The position numbers were made by a program, and so were the translations under genes. Below, piece after piece: positions 37,470-51,609 of a DNA stretch of 64,000 nucleotides. The stretch covers positions 106,766,001-106,830,000 of the forward strand of contig NC_045696.1 in NCBI RefSeq assembly GCF_009834535.1. Direction: 5' to 3'. Each line of letters opens with the position of its first letter. Position 1 is the first letter of the stretch. Below the pieces are notes generated by a model. The model did no database searches. It was given only the letters and a program-made list of their open reading frames with translations, and was not told where the DNA came from. The DNA comes from Camelus ferus. Lineage: Eukaryota.

Positions 37470-38800
37470 TTTTCCCTTTTATACCTAAACACTTCATTGT
37501 GTATTTACTAGAAACAAGAAAACTCTTTAATATAACTGTAGTACAGTTATTAAAATCAGGAAATTGCACACTGATGAAACACTGTTATATAATTCATAAC
37601 CTATATTCAATTTAATCAGTTGTCCCCAAATGTCCTTCTTGTCCAAAAATGTCTTATGAGATTCTTTTTTCTGGTCCAGGTATTTGTCATGTCTCTTCAG
37701 ATTCCTTTTATATAGAACAGCTCCTCAGATTTCCTTTGTTTTCCTGACATTTTTTTGAAGAGTACAGTCAGTTATTTTTGTAAAATATCTCTTAGTGTGT
37801 ATGTGTCTGATATTCCTCATGATCAGATTCAGGTTGTGCATTTTTGTCAAGAAGCCCACAGACATGATGCCGAATCCTTCTCAGTGCACCATATTAGGCA
37901 ATACATAATTTCACTTGGTCCCAATATTGGTAATGTTAACCTTAAACACAATGTTTGGGTTGTGTCTCCCAGGTTTTGCTACTTAAAATTACCATTTCCC
38001 CCTTGTAAATAATATGTGATTTATAGGGAGGTAGTTGGAAATTATGCAAATATCTCATCCTCATCAAACTTTCATCCATTACTTTTACCATCCATTAATG
38101 ATTTCCTAATTCACCATTCATTATATAATCATTAGTTGGACTTCTATTGAGAAAGGATTTTATAAATTTCTTTTTAATTTCTCTTTTTAATGTGTAAATT
38201 TATTTATATCACTATGATTCATGGATTCTTATTTTATTCAGTAAGTGATAATACGTTGCTACCAATATTTCTTTTCATACTCAAATTTTCCCAGATTTGG
38301 CCAGTGGGAACTCCTTCAAAGTGGCTCCTTTATCCTTTCGACATGTCCCAGTGGTTTTTTGAGCATTACTCCTAGATTCAATAAAATGTTCCAAGGCTGA
38401 TCTTATATTTTCCATGTCCTAGTGTTGGAATTAACTATTTCTCTAAGAACATTTGATTTATTGTAGTGGAGAATAGTATTTGGAAACCAAGATCTGTGTG
38501 CTAGGTGTGTTCATTACTTTTGAAGTGTGGAGCTTCTAGAACCCCTCAGAGGTGAGGGCTAGGAAATCCATGAACTACATATAACTGTATCTATATATAT
38601 ATTTTAAAACTTTATTGATATATTTAATTCCAAGCCAGCACCACACGGTACATCCTAGTCTTCCTTTCTTTCTATATTCTATTATCCTCAATACATTTAC
38701 TAATTTGCTTAAGCCTGGAATACAGAGAAGGTAGTTTCAGAATTGGTAACACTTGTGAGAAGAACATGTCTCCTAACCAGAGTTCAATATTCATTTCCAG
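37470..38800 (-). mobile_element. L1MC4/5-like 3'UTR
   Basis: 'tacctaaacacttcattgtgtattt', 'cccagatttggccagtgggaactccttcaa', 'gtatttggaaaccaagatctgtgtgctaggtgtg'. Confidence 0.8.
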
Positions 38801-38829
38801 TGGGTTTTGTGGGGAGTTGGTGGGGGAAG

Positions 38830-41150
38830 CAAGGTTGGAGTAGAATTTACAGTTAAATACATAAATCTTAAATGTATAAATCAGTTAATTTTGAGCCATA
38901 TGACTTACTCTCTACCACAATATAGAACATTCACCCCATCTAAATTTCCCTCTCTTCTTCCCTGTCAATCTGCCCCTAAAGAGAGACATTTTTGATGTTT
39001 TTCATTATAAATTAGCTTTGCTAGTTCTAGAATTTTACACAAATAGAAGTATTCAGTGTGTACTTTTTTGTGTGTCTGGCATCGTTCGTTCAGCATAATG
39101 TCTGTGAGATTTGTTCATATTGTGTATGTCTGTAGTCCATTCCTTTTAATTGTTGGCAAGTATTACACTGAATGAATGTACCACAATTTGTCTTCTTTTC
39201 CTATTGATGGGCATTTGGATTGCTTCCAGTTTTCCACTATTGTGAGTTAAGCTATTGTGAACATTTTTGTACAAGTATTTTTGTATAAGTGTTTTTGAAG
39301 ACATGTCAGTTCATTCATCTTAGGTGTCATAATCTAGTAATGGAAATGTTGGGTCTTAAAGTAGGTGTTTATTAACTTTATAAAAAACAGCCAGACCTTT
39401 TCCCAAAATGATTGGACCATTTTAAACTCCCATCAACAACGTGTGAAAGCTCTGGTTGTTCTATAATCTTGTCGGCTTTGGGTGCTATCAGTCCTTTTCA
39501 TTTTCGCTATTCTGGTGGGTATGTGCTGATGCTCCATTGTGGTTTTACTTTGCGTTTTCCTGCTGCCTAGTGAGGTTGAGCCTTTTTCATGTGCTTAATG
39601 ATCATTCATATATCTTCCTCTGTGAAGTGTCTTTTAAAACACTTTTGCTCTTTTTTACTGGGTTATTTGTTTTTTATTCTCAAATTATAAGAGTTCTCTA
39701 CATATTCTGGATACAGATCCTTAATCTGGTATACGATGTGGAAATATTTGATCAGCTTTTGATATTCAGTAATGCTGGCCTCTAGCCAGCTATGGTTTGC
39801 CATTTTGTTTTCTTAATGATGTCTTTCAAAGGGCAGAACTTTTACATTTTGATAAAGTCCAATTTATCAATATTTTTCTTTTATAGTTCGAGCATTTCCT
39901 GCCCCACGTAAGAAATCTTTGCCTACCCCAAGGCAATGAATATTTTATCCTGGGTTTTCTTCCAGGAGTATTATGTTTATAATATAGCCTACTATCTATT
40001 TTGAGTTAATTGTCGTGTATAGTGTGAGGTAAGATTGAGGTTTTTTTTTTTTTTTTTTCATATAGATGTGCAATTGATTCAGACCATTTGTTCAAAAGAC
40101 TGTTTTTTCCCCTACTGAATTACCTTGGCAACTTTGTCAAAAATCAATTGAACATATACTCTGGACTCTCTTTTCTGTTCTATTGATCTGTAGGACTATC
40201 GTTATGCCAAACCCACAGTCTCTTCATTATTCTGGCTTTATAGTAAGTCTTGAAATCAGGCGATTTAAATTCTTAACATTATTCTTCACTTTCAAATTTG
40301 ATTTGGATGTTGTAGATTCATTTTATTTCAATATCAATTTTAGGATCAGCTTGTAATTTTCTACAAGAAAAAGAGCTAGGATTTTGATTGAGATTGCACT
40401 GACGCTATAGAGCCCACAGGAGAGAAATACCATCTGAACAATTTTGAATCATCTCATGCATGAGTATGCTATATCTCTCCATTAATTTAACTCTTCTTTT
40501 ATTCTGCTCAGAAAATATATCTTAGTTTTCAGTATACAGGTATCACAAATATTTTGTTAAATTTATTCTTAAATATTTCATATTTTATTGCTATTATAAA
40601 TATTGTGTTTTAAAATTTTCAAACTTTTCTTTGACAGAATATAAAAACATAATTTAAAAAATTTTTTAAATTATTTAAAAATAAAAATATAATTGATTTT
40701 TAATACATATTGACCATATGTCTTGTGACCTTGATAAATTCACTTATTAATTCTAGTAGCTTTTTTTGAAAAATAGATTCCTTAAGATGAAAATCATGTC
40801 ATACATTAAGAAAGTTTTACTATCTTTCCAACCTGCAGGGCTTTTATTTTTTTCTTGTCTTATTACACTACTTAGGGCCTCCTATACAATGACAGTGAGA
40901 GCAAACCTTTTTGCCTTGCAGAGTAATCTTGGCCTCCTAAAATGTATTAGAAATGTTCCTTACTCCTTTATTTTCTGAAAGTGTTTGTGGGAGGGTTACT
41001 AATATTTCTTGCTTAAGTATATAACTTAGAACCTGCCAGTAAAGCTATCTAAGAGTGCAGTTTTCTGTGTGAAGTGTTTTTAGTTATGAGTTCAATTTCT
41101 TTAACAGAAACAGCACCATTTTGATTTTCTACTTCTTCTTATATCAATAT
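38830..41150 (-). mobile_element. Old L1 3'UTR and ORF2
   Basis: Continuous antisense L1 ('gaattaccttggcaactttgtcaaaaatcaattg', 'ttttgattgagattgcactga'). Confidence 0.85.
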
Positions 41151-41159
41151 GAGAATTTG

Positions 41160-41660
41160 TTATTCACTTTATGGGCACATAATTTTTTTACACAAATATC
41201 CATAGCAGTTTTATTCTTAATTACCTAAAAATGTAAAAAAACCCGAATGTCTATCAGCTGGTGGATGGATTTACAAACAGTGATACATCCATACAATGGA
41301 CCACTGCTTGGCAGTAAAAAGGAGTAAATTCTGATACACTTCAAAAAACATTATGCTAAGGCAAAGAAACTAGAGAAACAAATGAATACTTATCGTATGA
41401 TTCTATATATGTGAATTTCTAGAAAAGGCAAAACCATAGTTTTAGAAGACAGACCAGTGGTCGCCAAGCTTTGGGAATTAGGAAAGCAGGCTGACTACAA
41501 GGGATCATGAGTGAACACTTTGCGCTGATGGAAGTGTCCTATATCTTGATTCTGTGGTTAGTTACCTGAGTATATATATCCATCACAACTCATTGAATGG
41601 CACTCTTAAAATGAGTGAATTTTATTGTATATAAACCATACTTCAAGAAAACTATTTTTT
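41160..41660 (+). mobile_element. L1 3' end (L1MB/MC-like)
   Basis: 'catagcagttttattc...catccatacaatggacc...gaattttattgtatataaaccatacttcaa'. Confidence 0.8.
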
Positions 41661-41689
41661 TAATCAAAAAAGCAAAACACAAGACTTTT

Positions 41690-41805
41690 CAGAGCCCTTA
41701 ATATACTGATGTGTGTTTTAAATCTTCAAGGAGCTGTAATGTCCAAGGTTTCTTAAATTCACTTGACTGTAAAATCGAAAGTTTTACAGAACACCAGTTA
41801 AAACC
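41690..41805. mobile_element. Possible hAT-Charlie DNA transposon fragment
   Basis: 'cagagcccttaatatactgatgtg...aatcttcaagg...gtttcttaaattcacttgac' resembles Charlie/MER119-type sequence; short and degenerate. Confidence 0.4.
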
Positions 41806-42399
41806 GTGAGGAAACAGGTAGAGAAAATTGTATCAGGGAATCACCAGTCTGGATAAAGCATTTCCCTCTTCATTGTCTTCTTTTAAAGCTCAAATCCCCT
41901 TAAGAAAAGAGTTAGCATATTCAGCATGACATCTTCATGGGAGTTAGTTTAGTGGTAATTTTCTCCAGCCAGAGTAGTCACCAGCTCTAAGAGCAGTCAC
42001 CCCAGGCTCACTGATCACCAGAAGGAATTCAGCACTGGCGCTGGGAAGTTCCAACAGGTGGCAGTAAAGGGAGAGAGTCTTCCACCTCATTTCATTTTAA
42101 AGCCTTGTCCAAATTCTTCCTTCCCCTCACTGGGCCTGCCTGTTGCTCTCATTTTCTTGAGGATGGATCCATTTTAAGCCAAAAACTTGCTGGCAGTTGC
42201 TATCTTTCCTCAAATCCTTTGTATTTGACTTGGGCTCTAAAGATGGGATCCATTCTAATCAGAAAGCTCCCTGAGCAGGAACTACTTCCAAGAGCTTATC
42301 TTATCCCAGCCCTGGAGTAGCTAGTGCGGGAAGGACTCTGTTTCTCTCTGAGCCCAGGATTGAAGGTGAGCAAAGCTCCTCCTTTATTATGACTTTAAT

Positions 42400-45360
42400 A
42401 ACTGTAGAATGTATCATAGTGTCCTATCTTCCATTTCTGACACTGATAATTTATGTTTTCTCTTTTTCTTTTTTCTAACTAAAGATAATTTTAATCAACC
42501 TTTTAAAAAATCAGTTTTTTATTAAATTGATTTTTCTCTGTTATTTAGTATTACTATGTATAATAAAGAATTAATTGGCCTTTGCCCCTGATTCCTGGGA
42601 GAGAGTCTCTAAATTCTTGGGATTTCCTGAGTAATAGGAGTATCTTTGTTATGCATGAGCCCCTTGATCATACCTGTTTTATACTAATGAGATGATGCAT
42701 GGTGGACCCCTAGATAGCTTCAGGATAGGGTCTAGCCATGCCTAGAAACCAACCATGTGAGAAGACTGGGGCTTTGAGTCAGTCCAACCTCCAAAAAGGG
42801 AAGGGAAACTGGAGATTGAGTTAAATTACATGGTCAATATTCAATCATTTATGCTTTCATAATAAAATTCTCATGAAAACTCTGGACACCAAACAACAAG
42901 GGAGCTTCCTGGTTGGTGAACACACTGATATGCACAGAATGACAATGAGAGGGCATGGAAGGTCTGCATTAAGGACCTTCCCAGACTTTGCCCTGTGTGT
43001 CTTCATTTGACAGGTCCTGATTTGTGATAAAACTGTAATTGTAAGCATAGGACTTTCTGAAGTTCTGTGAGTCATTCTAGTGGATTATCAAATCTGAAGG
43101 AGATTATGAGAGTTTCTTGGATCTATAGTCAATTGGTAGAAGGTGTGAGTGGCCTGAGGACCCCCAAAGTGTGGCTGAAATACGAAGTAAGGGCAGCCTT
43201 GTTGTGAACTGGGTTCTTAAACCTATGGAGTCTGACACTACCTCCAAGTGGTTAGTGTCAGAACTGTACTGTAGTACACCAGTTAGAGTCAGAATAATTG
43301 CCATTTTATAGCTTATTGACTTCTGCTCTAATCTTTATTATTTCTTACTTTATACTACCTTACATTGATCTTCTTCTTGTAGTTTCTTAATACAGAACTG
43401 AAACTATTGATTAGAAACCTCTCTTTCCATCTTAATGTAAGCAATTTAAAAGCATAGTAGTCCTTCTATGCATCATGAACATTTTGCTACTTTGTATTTT
43501 ATTACCATCCAATTCTAATTACTTCCAATTACTCTTGTAATTTCTTCTTTGACCCATGGATTATTAGAAGTTATTTATTTTCCAAATACTTGGGAAATAT
43601 TATTCCAGACTTCAACATAATAATACTCCTAATGTCCAGCATCTAATAGATCTAGTAGATTACTAGATGTGTGAAGAAGTAGGAAAATATCATCCAAAAG
43701 AAGGAGAGAACAATCAATAAACAGACCTTGGTATAATGAAGAAAAAGCTAAAATATAATAAAATAATATTTTATTAACAATTTCTAATTCAATTAAATTT
43801 TTATCAGAAAACCTATTATGTTTGATTTTAATCCTTTAAAATGTTTGAGACTTTTTTATGATCTGGTATGTCTACCATGGTGAATTTTCCATTGGCACTT
43901 TAAAAGAAGGTGTATTCTAATATTGTTGGATGGAGTGTTCTATAAATGGCAAGTAGGTCAACTGGTCGATGGTGTTATTCAAGTCCTCTGTATCCTTACA
44001 GATTTATTATTTGTTCTATCAATTACTGATAAAAAGTTGTTGAAAACTTCAACTATAATTATGGATTTTTCCTTTCAGTTTTTGTGTATTTCTTGTATTT
44101 TAAAGCTTTGTTTTTAAACCATATACATTTAGGGTTGTTATGGTCTCTTAATGAAATGTCACTATGAAATGATCCTCTTAATCCCTGGTAAAATTCCTTG
44201 TCTTGAACTTTGTATTATATTAATATAGCCATTCCAGTTTTCTTATGTTCAGTGTTTGCATGACTCCTCCCTTTTTTGAGATTCCAATTACATATATGTT
44301 AAACTGCTTAATGTTGTTGCACAGGTCACTGAGGCTCTATTCCCATTAATTTTATTATTATTCTTGTCTTATTTCTCCTTGCTTCAGTATGGATAGTTTC
44401 TGTTTCTGTCTTCAGGCTCAATTATCTTTTCTTCTATATTGTCTAACCAGCTATTATTCCATTTTTTCTTCTCATTATGTTCTTTCTCCCCTTTAAATCA
44501 TTGATAATATGTATAATATTTATATTCACAATAACTGGAGCAAAGACTTTTTCTCTATTATACAAGGTCTGTTTAGTGATTGTTTTCTCCTTGTTTTGGA
44601 TGGTGTTTTCCTACTTCTTCACATATCTAGCTAGTAATCCATTAGATCTATTAGATGCTGGACATTAGTAGTAGTATTTTGTTGAAGTCTGGACTTTGTT
44701 GTCTTTCTTTAAAATGGGTGATTTTTGTCTTAGTGCGCAGTTGATTTACTTGTGATTCTTGATCTTTTTGAGGTTTATCTAAGTATTTTGGGGATATATT
44801 CCTTCACTCTAGGACTAATTCAGTGCTACGTATAATATGTAATCTTTCTGATGCCCTGGGAGTTCGACAAAGTCTCTTCACTTTAGCCGGTCAGAACTTG
44901 AACAGCTGTCCGCCCTAAGTGTGCTCTGGCGATTGTTGAGCTTACAGCTCTCTGGCTGTGTTTAGCTCAGCCTCAAAGAGTTTCATCTTGTATATTACAG
45001 CTTAGTAGTAAGCAACATTCAAGGGGACCCACTATGGTAATTTCTGGAGTTCTTTCTTTTTGTTTTCCCCTCCTCTCCATTACTCTGCCTCACACTTTCC
45101 TACTGCTTTCGCCTTTCCCAATTCCAAAATTTGTTTTCCCAACTCAGAGTGATCAGTATGCTCTGCTATGTCCCTCATCCCTGCACCACAGTCTAGAAAG
45201 TGCCTCCATAGCAATTACGGGGTTCAAGTTGTGTCTTTTCTTCAGGAATCAGAGTTCTGTACTAGCTGTTGTGCAAAGTCTGAAACAATTTTTATATGTT
45301 TTGCCCAGTTTTTCACTACAAGAAGGCATGTCCTGTAGTGATTAATCTGTAATGTTCAGA
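42400..45360 (-). mobile_element. Old L1 (ORF2 5' part, ORF1 and 5' region) interrupted by MER21
   Basis: 'tttcttctttgacccatggattatt', 'ttgttggatggagtgttctataaatg', 'gattccaattacatatatgtt...cacaggtcactgaggctct'. Confidence 0.75.
42557..43300 (+). mobile_element. MER21-family LTR
   Basis: Starts 'tgtataataaagaatt...tttgcccctgattcctgggagagag'; 'ctggagattgagttaaattacatggtcaat', 'gagcttcctggttggtgaacac', 'gttagtgtcagaactg'. Confidence 0.85.
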
Positions 45361-46745
45361 AGCAGAAGAGTATATGAATTTTTTATTATAAAATTAATTT
45401 CTTTAATAGAATTAGGTCTATTCAGATTTTCTATTTATTTTTATGCCAGTTTTGAGAACAGTAGCTTCCTAAGTGGTGTTTTTACATTTGATTTTTTTCC
45501 TTATTAAATAGTTTCCCCTTTACATCAGTTCCAGATTATTCTTCTGAAAGCTTGGTTTTCATTTGTTGCTGCCAAAACCTTCAGTGCCTTCCCTTTGCTC
45601 TCAATGTAATCTTCTATTCCCTCAGCTACAGTTCAATACCTTCTATAATCTGGTCCCAAACATTGGCTTAATTACTGCCATTTTTAGATATTTTTTTTAA
45701 ATGTTTAAGTAAAAATGAACCTGTCACAATTATATCAATAAACTACTTACTTCTCTATGTTTCAATAGTGTTTTAAACACGCGTATATATCTTATATATC
45801 ATGTACAGTGTATCTCTTCTAGCAAGATCAATCTTCCTTATTCTTTATAGAAACCTAGTGCCTTGCACTATACCTGGATGTGGTAAGTATTCCATAATTT
45901 TTTTTCTCGCTTTGAGAGAAGGGATCCTGGACCCTCAAAACATTAAAATGTTTATAAGGATGAAGGGATATTGAAAAGGTTAGAATGGAGGAAATAGCAG
46001 CAGGCAGGGGCTCAAGATACAGCATTGTCTCTTCACAATTTTTTCCAAAGGTCAATATTGCTGTTCTGGGCTGTGCCTCCCCAGTAGTTCATTGTTTAAT
46101 GCCATCATACTGTGCAACTGAGTTGGACAGTATGAAGAGGGTGAAGAAACCAATAATTTTATGATCACTTACAGTCTGGTTGGGAATCTAAACATATACA
46201 AATAAACATAAATTTGCCATTTATTTTGTTCAACCCCCCTTTCCTCTATCTCTTTTTTCCTCTTTTCATATGCTGGTTTTAATTTTGGTAGAGTGCTGAG
46301 TTAAATAACTTCTACCTGACAAACCAAGACCATTTATCTTAGACATTGAAAGAATAATGAGAAAGTTATTTAACCTTTCATGAGAAGGTTTTGCATAGAA
46401 AAAGAGTCATCTTACTTAATATGGAAACTTTTTCACTAAATTTAATAAATTGGTTTATAGTCTCAATAATTTAGGGAACTTCAGCAACATCATCCAAATC
46501 ATTATAAAAAAGGAGGCATTTTAGTATTTCGTTGACTAAGTGCCATGAACTGTATGATTTAAAACTCATACATCAAGTTCAATAACATGGAAGTGAAGTG
46601 TTAATCAATTTTGTGTAAATTTACCTGGATGGTGAGCACATATCATGTCTTGGAGAGTCTGGGATGAGGAGTGGCCCTAGTCACAGGATGAGAGGAAACT
46701 GAAGCTTTGCTGTTGGCCCAATTCATTCTTCAGGAAGAGCTATTT

Positions 46746-46868
46746 TTTAAATTAATTAATTTTTATTGAAGTATAGTCAGTTTACAATGTTGTGTCAGTT
46801 TCTGGTGTACGGAATAATAGTTCAGTCATACATATACATACATATATTCTTTCTCATATTCTTTTCAT
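46746..46868 (-). mobile_element. Short young L1 3' end with 12-bp TSD
   Basis: 'tttattgaagtatagtcagtttacaatgttgtgtc'; perfect TSD 'gaagagctattt' at 46734-46745 and 46869-46880, followed by 'aa'. Confidence 0.92.
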
Positions 46869-47802
46869 GAAGAGCTATTTAAATTAAGCCATCTGTACAA
46901 AGCCATCTGAGACACTCTTTTCTATTACCTCTATTGTCCTAAAGAGGATTAGGAGAGAAGCAGGGCAGTGCTGTTTGCACTTAATCCTTTTCAAGTCAAA
47001 GACTTTATTTAGCCAGGAGCCCAAGTCAACCGAGAGCTAGGAGTTGAGACTAAGATGGAAGAAGGATAATGCATTTAATTTATTATAATCATATGCCAAC
47101 CTCCTTAGGCAAACACCTTCCTTCCCCACCAGATTGTCAATTCTGAGGGCTCAGGAAAGAAGTTAGGGCCATGCACAAAGAAGAGATGTCTAGTAAATTC
47201 TTGTTAGACAACTTAGAGTTATCCAAAGTAGCATTTTTGCTCAGCGAGTATAACTGAAGCTTTGTTCTCTCTGTCTACCTAGACATGGAGAAAGCTTTTA
47301 AAGCTAATACTCACTGACTTTTTACACTAACATTCACACATAACCACCTTCATGCAACTACTTTGAGAATAGTGATGAATTTAGTCAAGCAACTAATTCT
47401 TTGGCAGTTGGCTCTCTGGTGGTTGACTCAAGTAGATCATCACATTTTGAAAATAATCTGTGAGTGCTTCAACTGTTGAGTTTCTTTCTGATTTATTGGA
47501 TAAAATGGTGTATGAATGTACAGAGCTAGAAAAACCACCTTTGCACATATTTTGTGGCAAAATAAGCAGACAAAGAGCAGACAAGGAGTCAAAGTGATTT
47601 TTTTGGACCCTTGGAGTCAAAGGTGACTTTTAATTTTCAATTCTTAAATATTGTATGTTCTTGACATCACTCCTTGATAATAAAATCTGTTTAATTGTTA
47701 TCACAAATACGTATGTTTGAATTTGGAAATACCATGTCTCATAGAAGGATTCAGGGAGAGAGAATGTATATAAATTACTGAGCAGGTCATCTAGTCTATA
47801 CC

Positions 47803-48360
47803 CACTCATCCAACAAAAATGTATTGAGGGCCTCCCTTGTTCCAGGCACTGTTATAGTTCACTGCAATAAACAAACAAATTTCTCCCATAGGGGCTTTGA
47901 GGGTAGGGTAGGGTGGGAGGGGAAGAGATATTAGAAATAAACATGTAACAGCATGTCATGTGGTGATAAATACTAAGGAGAAATCGAAGCAGGGCAATAC
48001 AGATGAGGAGTGCCAGGTGGTTTCAGGCTAAGGTTCACTGCATGGGATGGTTGACACTGTGACATCTGAGCAGAAACCTTAAGAAAGTGAAGGAGAGAGC
48101 CATGTGGATATCTGGAGGCAAAGCATTCTGGGTAAAAGAAACAGTAAGCATAAAACCCTAAGCTGCCAGCATGCCTGATGTAGCAGCAAGGTGGCTCTAA
48201 CAGGGTGACTTAGGTGTGGGGGAGATGTAAGAGATGAGTCAGAGAGGCAGTGGGGACCAGATTGTAGGCATTTCGGTTTTCACTTTGAATGAAATGGAGA
48301 GCCATTGGAGAGTTAGCGGCAAAGGGATGGCATGATTGAATTTACGTAGTAAAAGGATAA
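47803..48360 (-). mobile_element. L2 (L2a-like) 3' end
   Basis: 'cactcatccaacaaaaatgtattgag...ccaggcactgt', 'gtgacatctgagcagaaacct', 'gagccattggagag'. Confidence 0.88.
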
Positions 48361-49289
48361 AGAATCATCAGTAAATAGGGGTTTTGTGTTGAAAGTACTG
48401 TGTTATTGTCATATAGTGGCTGGAGTTTTGGACTCATAGTTAGATCATCAAAATTGCAATCACAGCTTTCCCTGGGGACCTCAGGGTAACTTCACATTTT
48501 CAGAATATCAGTTGCCTCCTCAATGAAACAAAAATGATAATACCAGTCACTCCAAGTCTCTTTGAGAGTTACCAGAGATGTATGATATATGTATGTTATT
48601 TTAGGCGAAAAGCAGCCTGTGGAGTATGGTATAAAATGTAATCTTGATTTTACAAAATAAATTTCCTGGTATATTATAGGAAAGTTACCCATTTAATATG
48701 CTAAGGAGAAGAAAATGGGTTACCTCTGTTTCATGATAACAGAAAGTGGGTTATCTCTGATTCATGATATTTAAATTATTTCCGCTTTTTTCTTTACACT
48801 TTTTTTGTGTTTTCCAGATTTCCTCACTGAACATGTATAATTTTTTAAAACAGCTAGATATTACTTTTTAAATAAGCATAAGGGTAGTTGGTAAATATCA
48901 AACTCATTCTTTCAATTCAAAATAAAGTAGTGAATGCAAAACTGTTGGGAATTCTCAAGAAGTGCACAAAGGTGAGTGTTATAATGGGAAGAATAGCACA
49001 AATAATCCCTCCCTTTTCCAGTTTCTCTTGAGAGTCAGCTGCAGGGAGAAGACACTGCAGGCAGATGACCAAAGGGAGAGTTTGAGCAAAAGGTCCAGGT
49101 TTCCTGAAATGGAAGGAGCAAAGTTTTAGCTTTTTAATTTTTTTTTAAGACAAAACCAATAAGCTAAGTTGGGATCGTCCTGAAATTTGCCAGAATTTGT
49201 GCTTAGAAAAGAAATAGAGGGAAAAGCTACTGGAAAAGGCAAGCGTCCATCCTTTCTTTCCCCTCCCCTTTACTCTCCATCTCTAAAAT

Positions 49290-49649
49290 GACCTTTAAAA
49301 TAAAATTAATGCCTTTATCCTGTCCCATAAGGCTCTATATGATCTGGTGCCTGCTACCTCCCCAGTCACATTTTTCATCCTTTCTCCACTTTTCTCACCA
49401 TGTTCTGGACACTCAAGTCTCCTGTTCTCTGGATGAAAGTTTATTCCTGCCTCAAGGTTTCAGCTGCAACTCTTCCCACGGCCAGAACTGTTATCCTCAT
49501 TTCTTGGTGGCCCACTCCTTGTCATTCTGATCTCATATTAAACATCACGACTTCCTCATAGAGAAATTCCATGATCATGTTCTCTCAAGGAGCCCACCCA
49601 TTCCATCAGCACACCCTATCTCATCACTCTGATTGTCTCTTCATACTGC
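49290..49649 (+). mobile_element. L2 fragment (3' part resumes at ~50840-50960)
   Basis: 'cataaggctctatatgatctggtgcctgctacctc'; resumes with 'cactagaatgtaatctccatga...tagtaggtagtcaataaata'. Confidence 0.75.
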
Positions 49650-49664
49650 CATCATCTAATATTT

Positions 49665-50824
49665 GTTTGATACAGAATTTATCTTTTAGAGTAGATTTTG
49701 ATTCACTGAAAAATTGAGCAGGAAATAAAAGTGTTCCCATATACCTCTCCATACACACATACCACCTCTCCCACCATGAACATCTCACACCAGAGTGATG
49801 CATTTGTTACAATCAATGAAGCAGTATTGACACACCATTATCAACCAAAGTCCATAGATTACGTTACAGTTCACTCTTGGTGTTGTACATTCTATAGGTT
49901 TTGACAAATGTATAATGTCATCTTTCCATCATTGTATTATCATACAGAATAGTTTCACTGCCCTAAAAATCCTGCATGCTCCACATATTCATCTCTGCCT
50001 CCCCTCAAATTCCTGGCAACAGCTGTTCTTTTTATTGTTTCCCTAATTTTGCCTTTTCCAGAACATTGTACAGTTAGAGTCACATAGTATGTAGCCTTTT
50101 AATATTGGCTTCTTTCACTTAGTAATATGCACTTAAGATTCCTCTGTATCCTTTAGTGGCTTGATAGCTCATTTATTTTTAGCACTGGATAATACTCTAT
50201 TGTCTTGATGTGGCATAGTTTATTTTATCCATTCACCTACTGTAGGACATTTTGATTGCTTCCAAATTTTAGCAATTATAAAAAGCAGCTATATACATTA
50301 GTGTGGACATTTTTGTGTGGACACAAGTTTTCCATTTGGGTAAATACCAAAGAGCATGGTGCTTGAGTCATATGGTAAGCATATGTCTAGTTTTGCAAGA
50401 AACCAACAAGCAGTCCTCCAAAGTGGCTGTACCATTGTGTGTTCCCACCAACAATGAACGAGAGTTCCTGTTGCTCCATGTCCTCACCAGCATTTGATGT
50501 TGTCAGTGTTTTGGATTATTGCTATTCTAAACAGTGTGTATCGGTATCTCATTGATTAACTTGCAATTCCCTAATAATGTATGATACTGAACATCTTTTT
50601 ATATACTTATTTGCCATCTGTGTTGCCAAAGTATATCTTCTTTGGTGAGGTGTCTGTCCAAATATTTTGCCTATTTTTTCATCAGGTTGTTCATTTTATT
50701 TTTGTTAAGTTGTGAAAGTTCTTTGTATGTTTTAGATAACAGTCCTTTATCAGATGTGTCTGTCGTTTGCAAATATTTTCTTCCAGTATGTGGTTTATCT
50801 TCTCATTCTTTTGACAGTGTCTTT
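49665..50824 (-). mobile_element. L1MC1-like 3' end inserted into L2
   Basis: Same family as 30960-31820; candidate TSD 'catcatctaa(t/c)at(t/c)t' at 49650-49664 and 50825-50839. Confidence 0.88.
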
Positions 50825-50961
50825 CATCATCTAACATCTTTTTGTGTCTAATTATTATGTACCTATTTTGTTTCCCTCACTAGAATGTAATCTCCATGAC
50901 ACCGAAGACTTTGTTTATGCCTGGCAAATAGTAGGTAGTCAATAAATATGGTTGAGTGGAA

Positions 50962-51308
50962 ACAGGGGTATTAGTCAAAGGGTACAAAGTTTCAGTTGTA
51001 CAAGATGAGTAAGTCCTAGAGATCTATTGTATAGCATCCAGCCTATAGCTAATGATACTGTATCACGTACTTAAAAATGTGCTTGGAGGGCGATCCTATG
51101 ATTAAGTGTTCTTATCATGCACACACAAAATAATAATTATAAAGAGGGCAGGTGGCAACTTTTGGAGGTAATGGCTATGTTTATGGGATAGATTGTGATG
51201 ATGGTTTCACAGATGTATACTTACCTGAAAACTCATCAAGCTGCATACATTACATGAGTACAACTCTTTGTATGCCAATCATACCCCAGTAAAGTGGTTT
51301 AAATAAGT
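50962..51308 (+). mobile_element. L1MA-type 3' end
   Basis: 'gtcaaagggtacaaagtttcagtt...gattgtgatgatggtttcacagatgtatac...tcaagctgcatacatta'. Confidence 0.85.
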
Positions 51309-51609
51309 AAATAATGGTTGAATTACTTAGAAGAATTGAGTTTTTTATTTTTTCCTTTTTTAAAGTCTAACTTACAAAGGGAGCCTTTTGGGTTTGTTTT
51401 TATAGAGATAATAATGGCAATAAAAACAAATCTATGTACACACATAGGAAGTTATGTAAGAAAGAAAGTTACATAAATTATATTCCTGCAAAATTCTGAG
51501 TGTTGCACTCAGCAATTCATTTTTTTATATAATTTTATTTTTATGTAATTATTCATAGAGTGTCAGTTTTCAAAGCATTTCAACTCATTAAGATATAATT
51601 CACTGTGTA

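Noticed and set aside
30960..50824. Segmental duplication or paired LTRs suggested by similarity of 30960-31820 and 49665-50824
   Set aside because: Both are independent L1MC1-like 3' ends with unrelated flanks.
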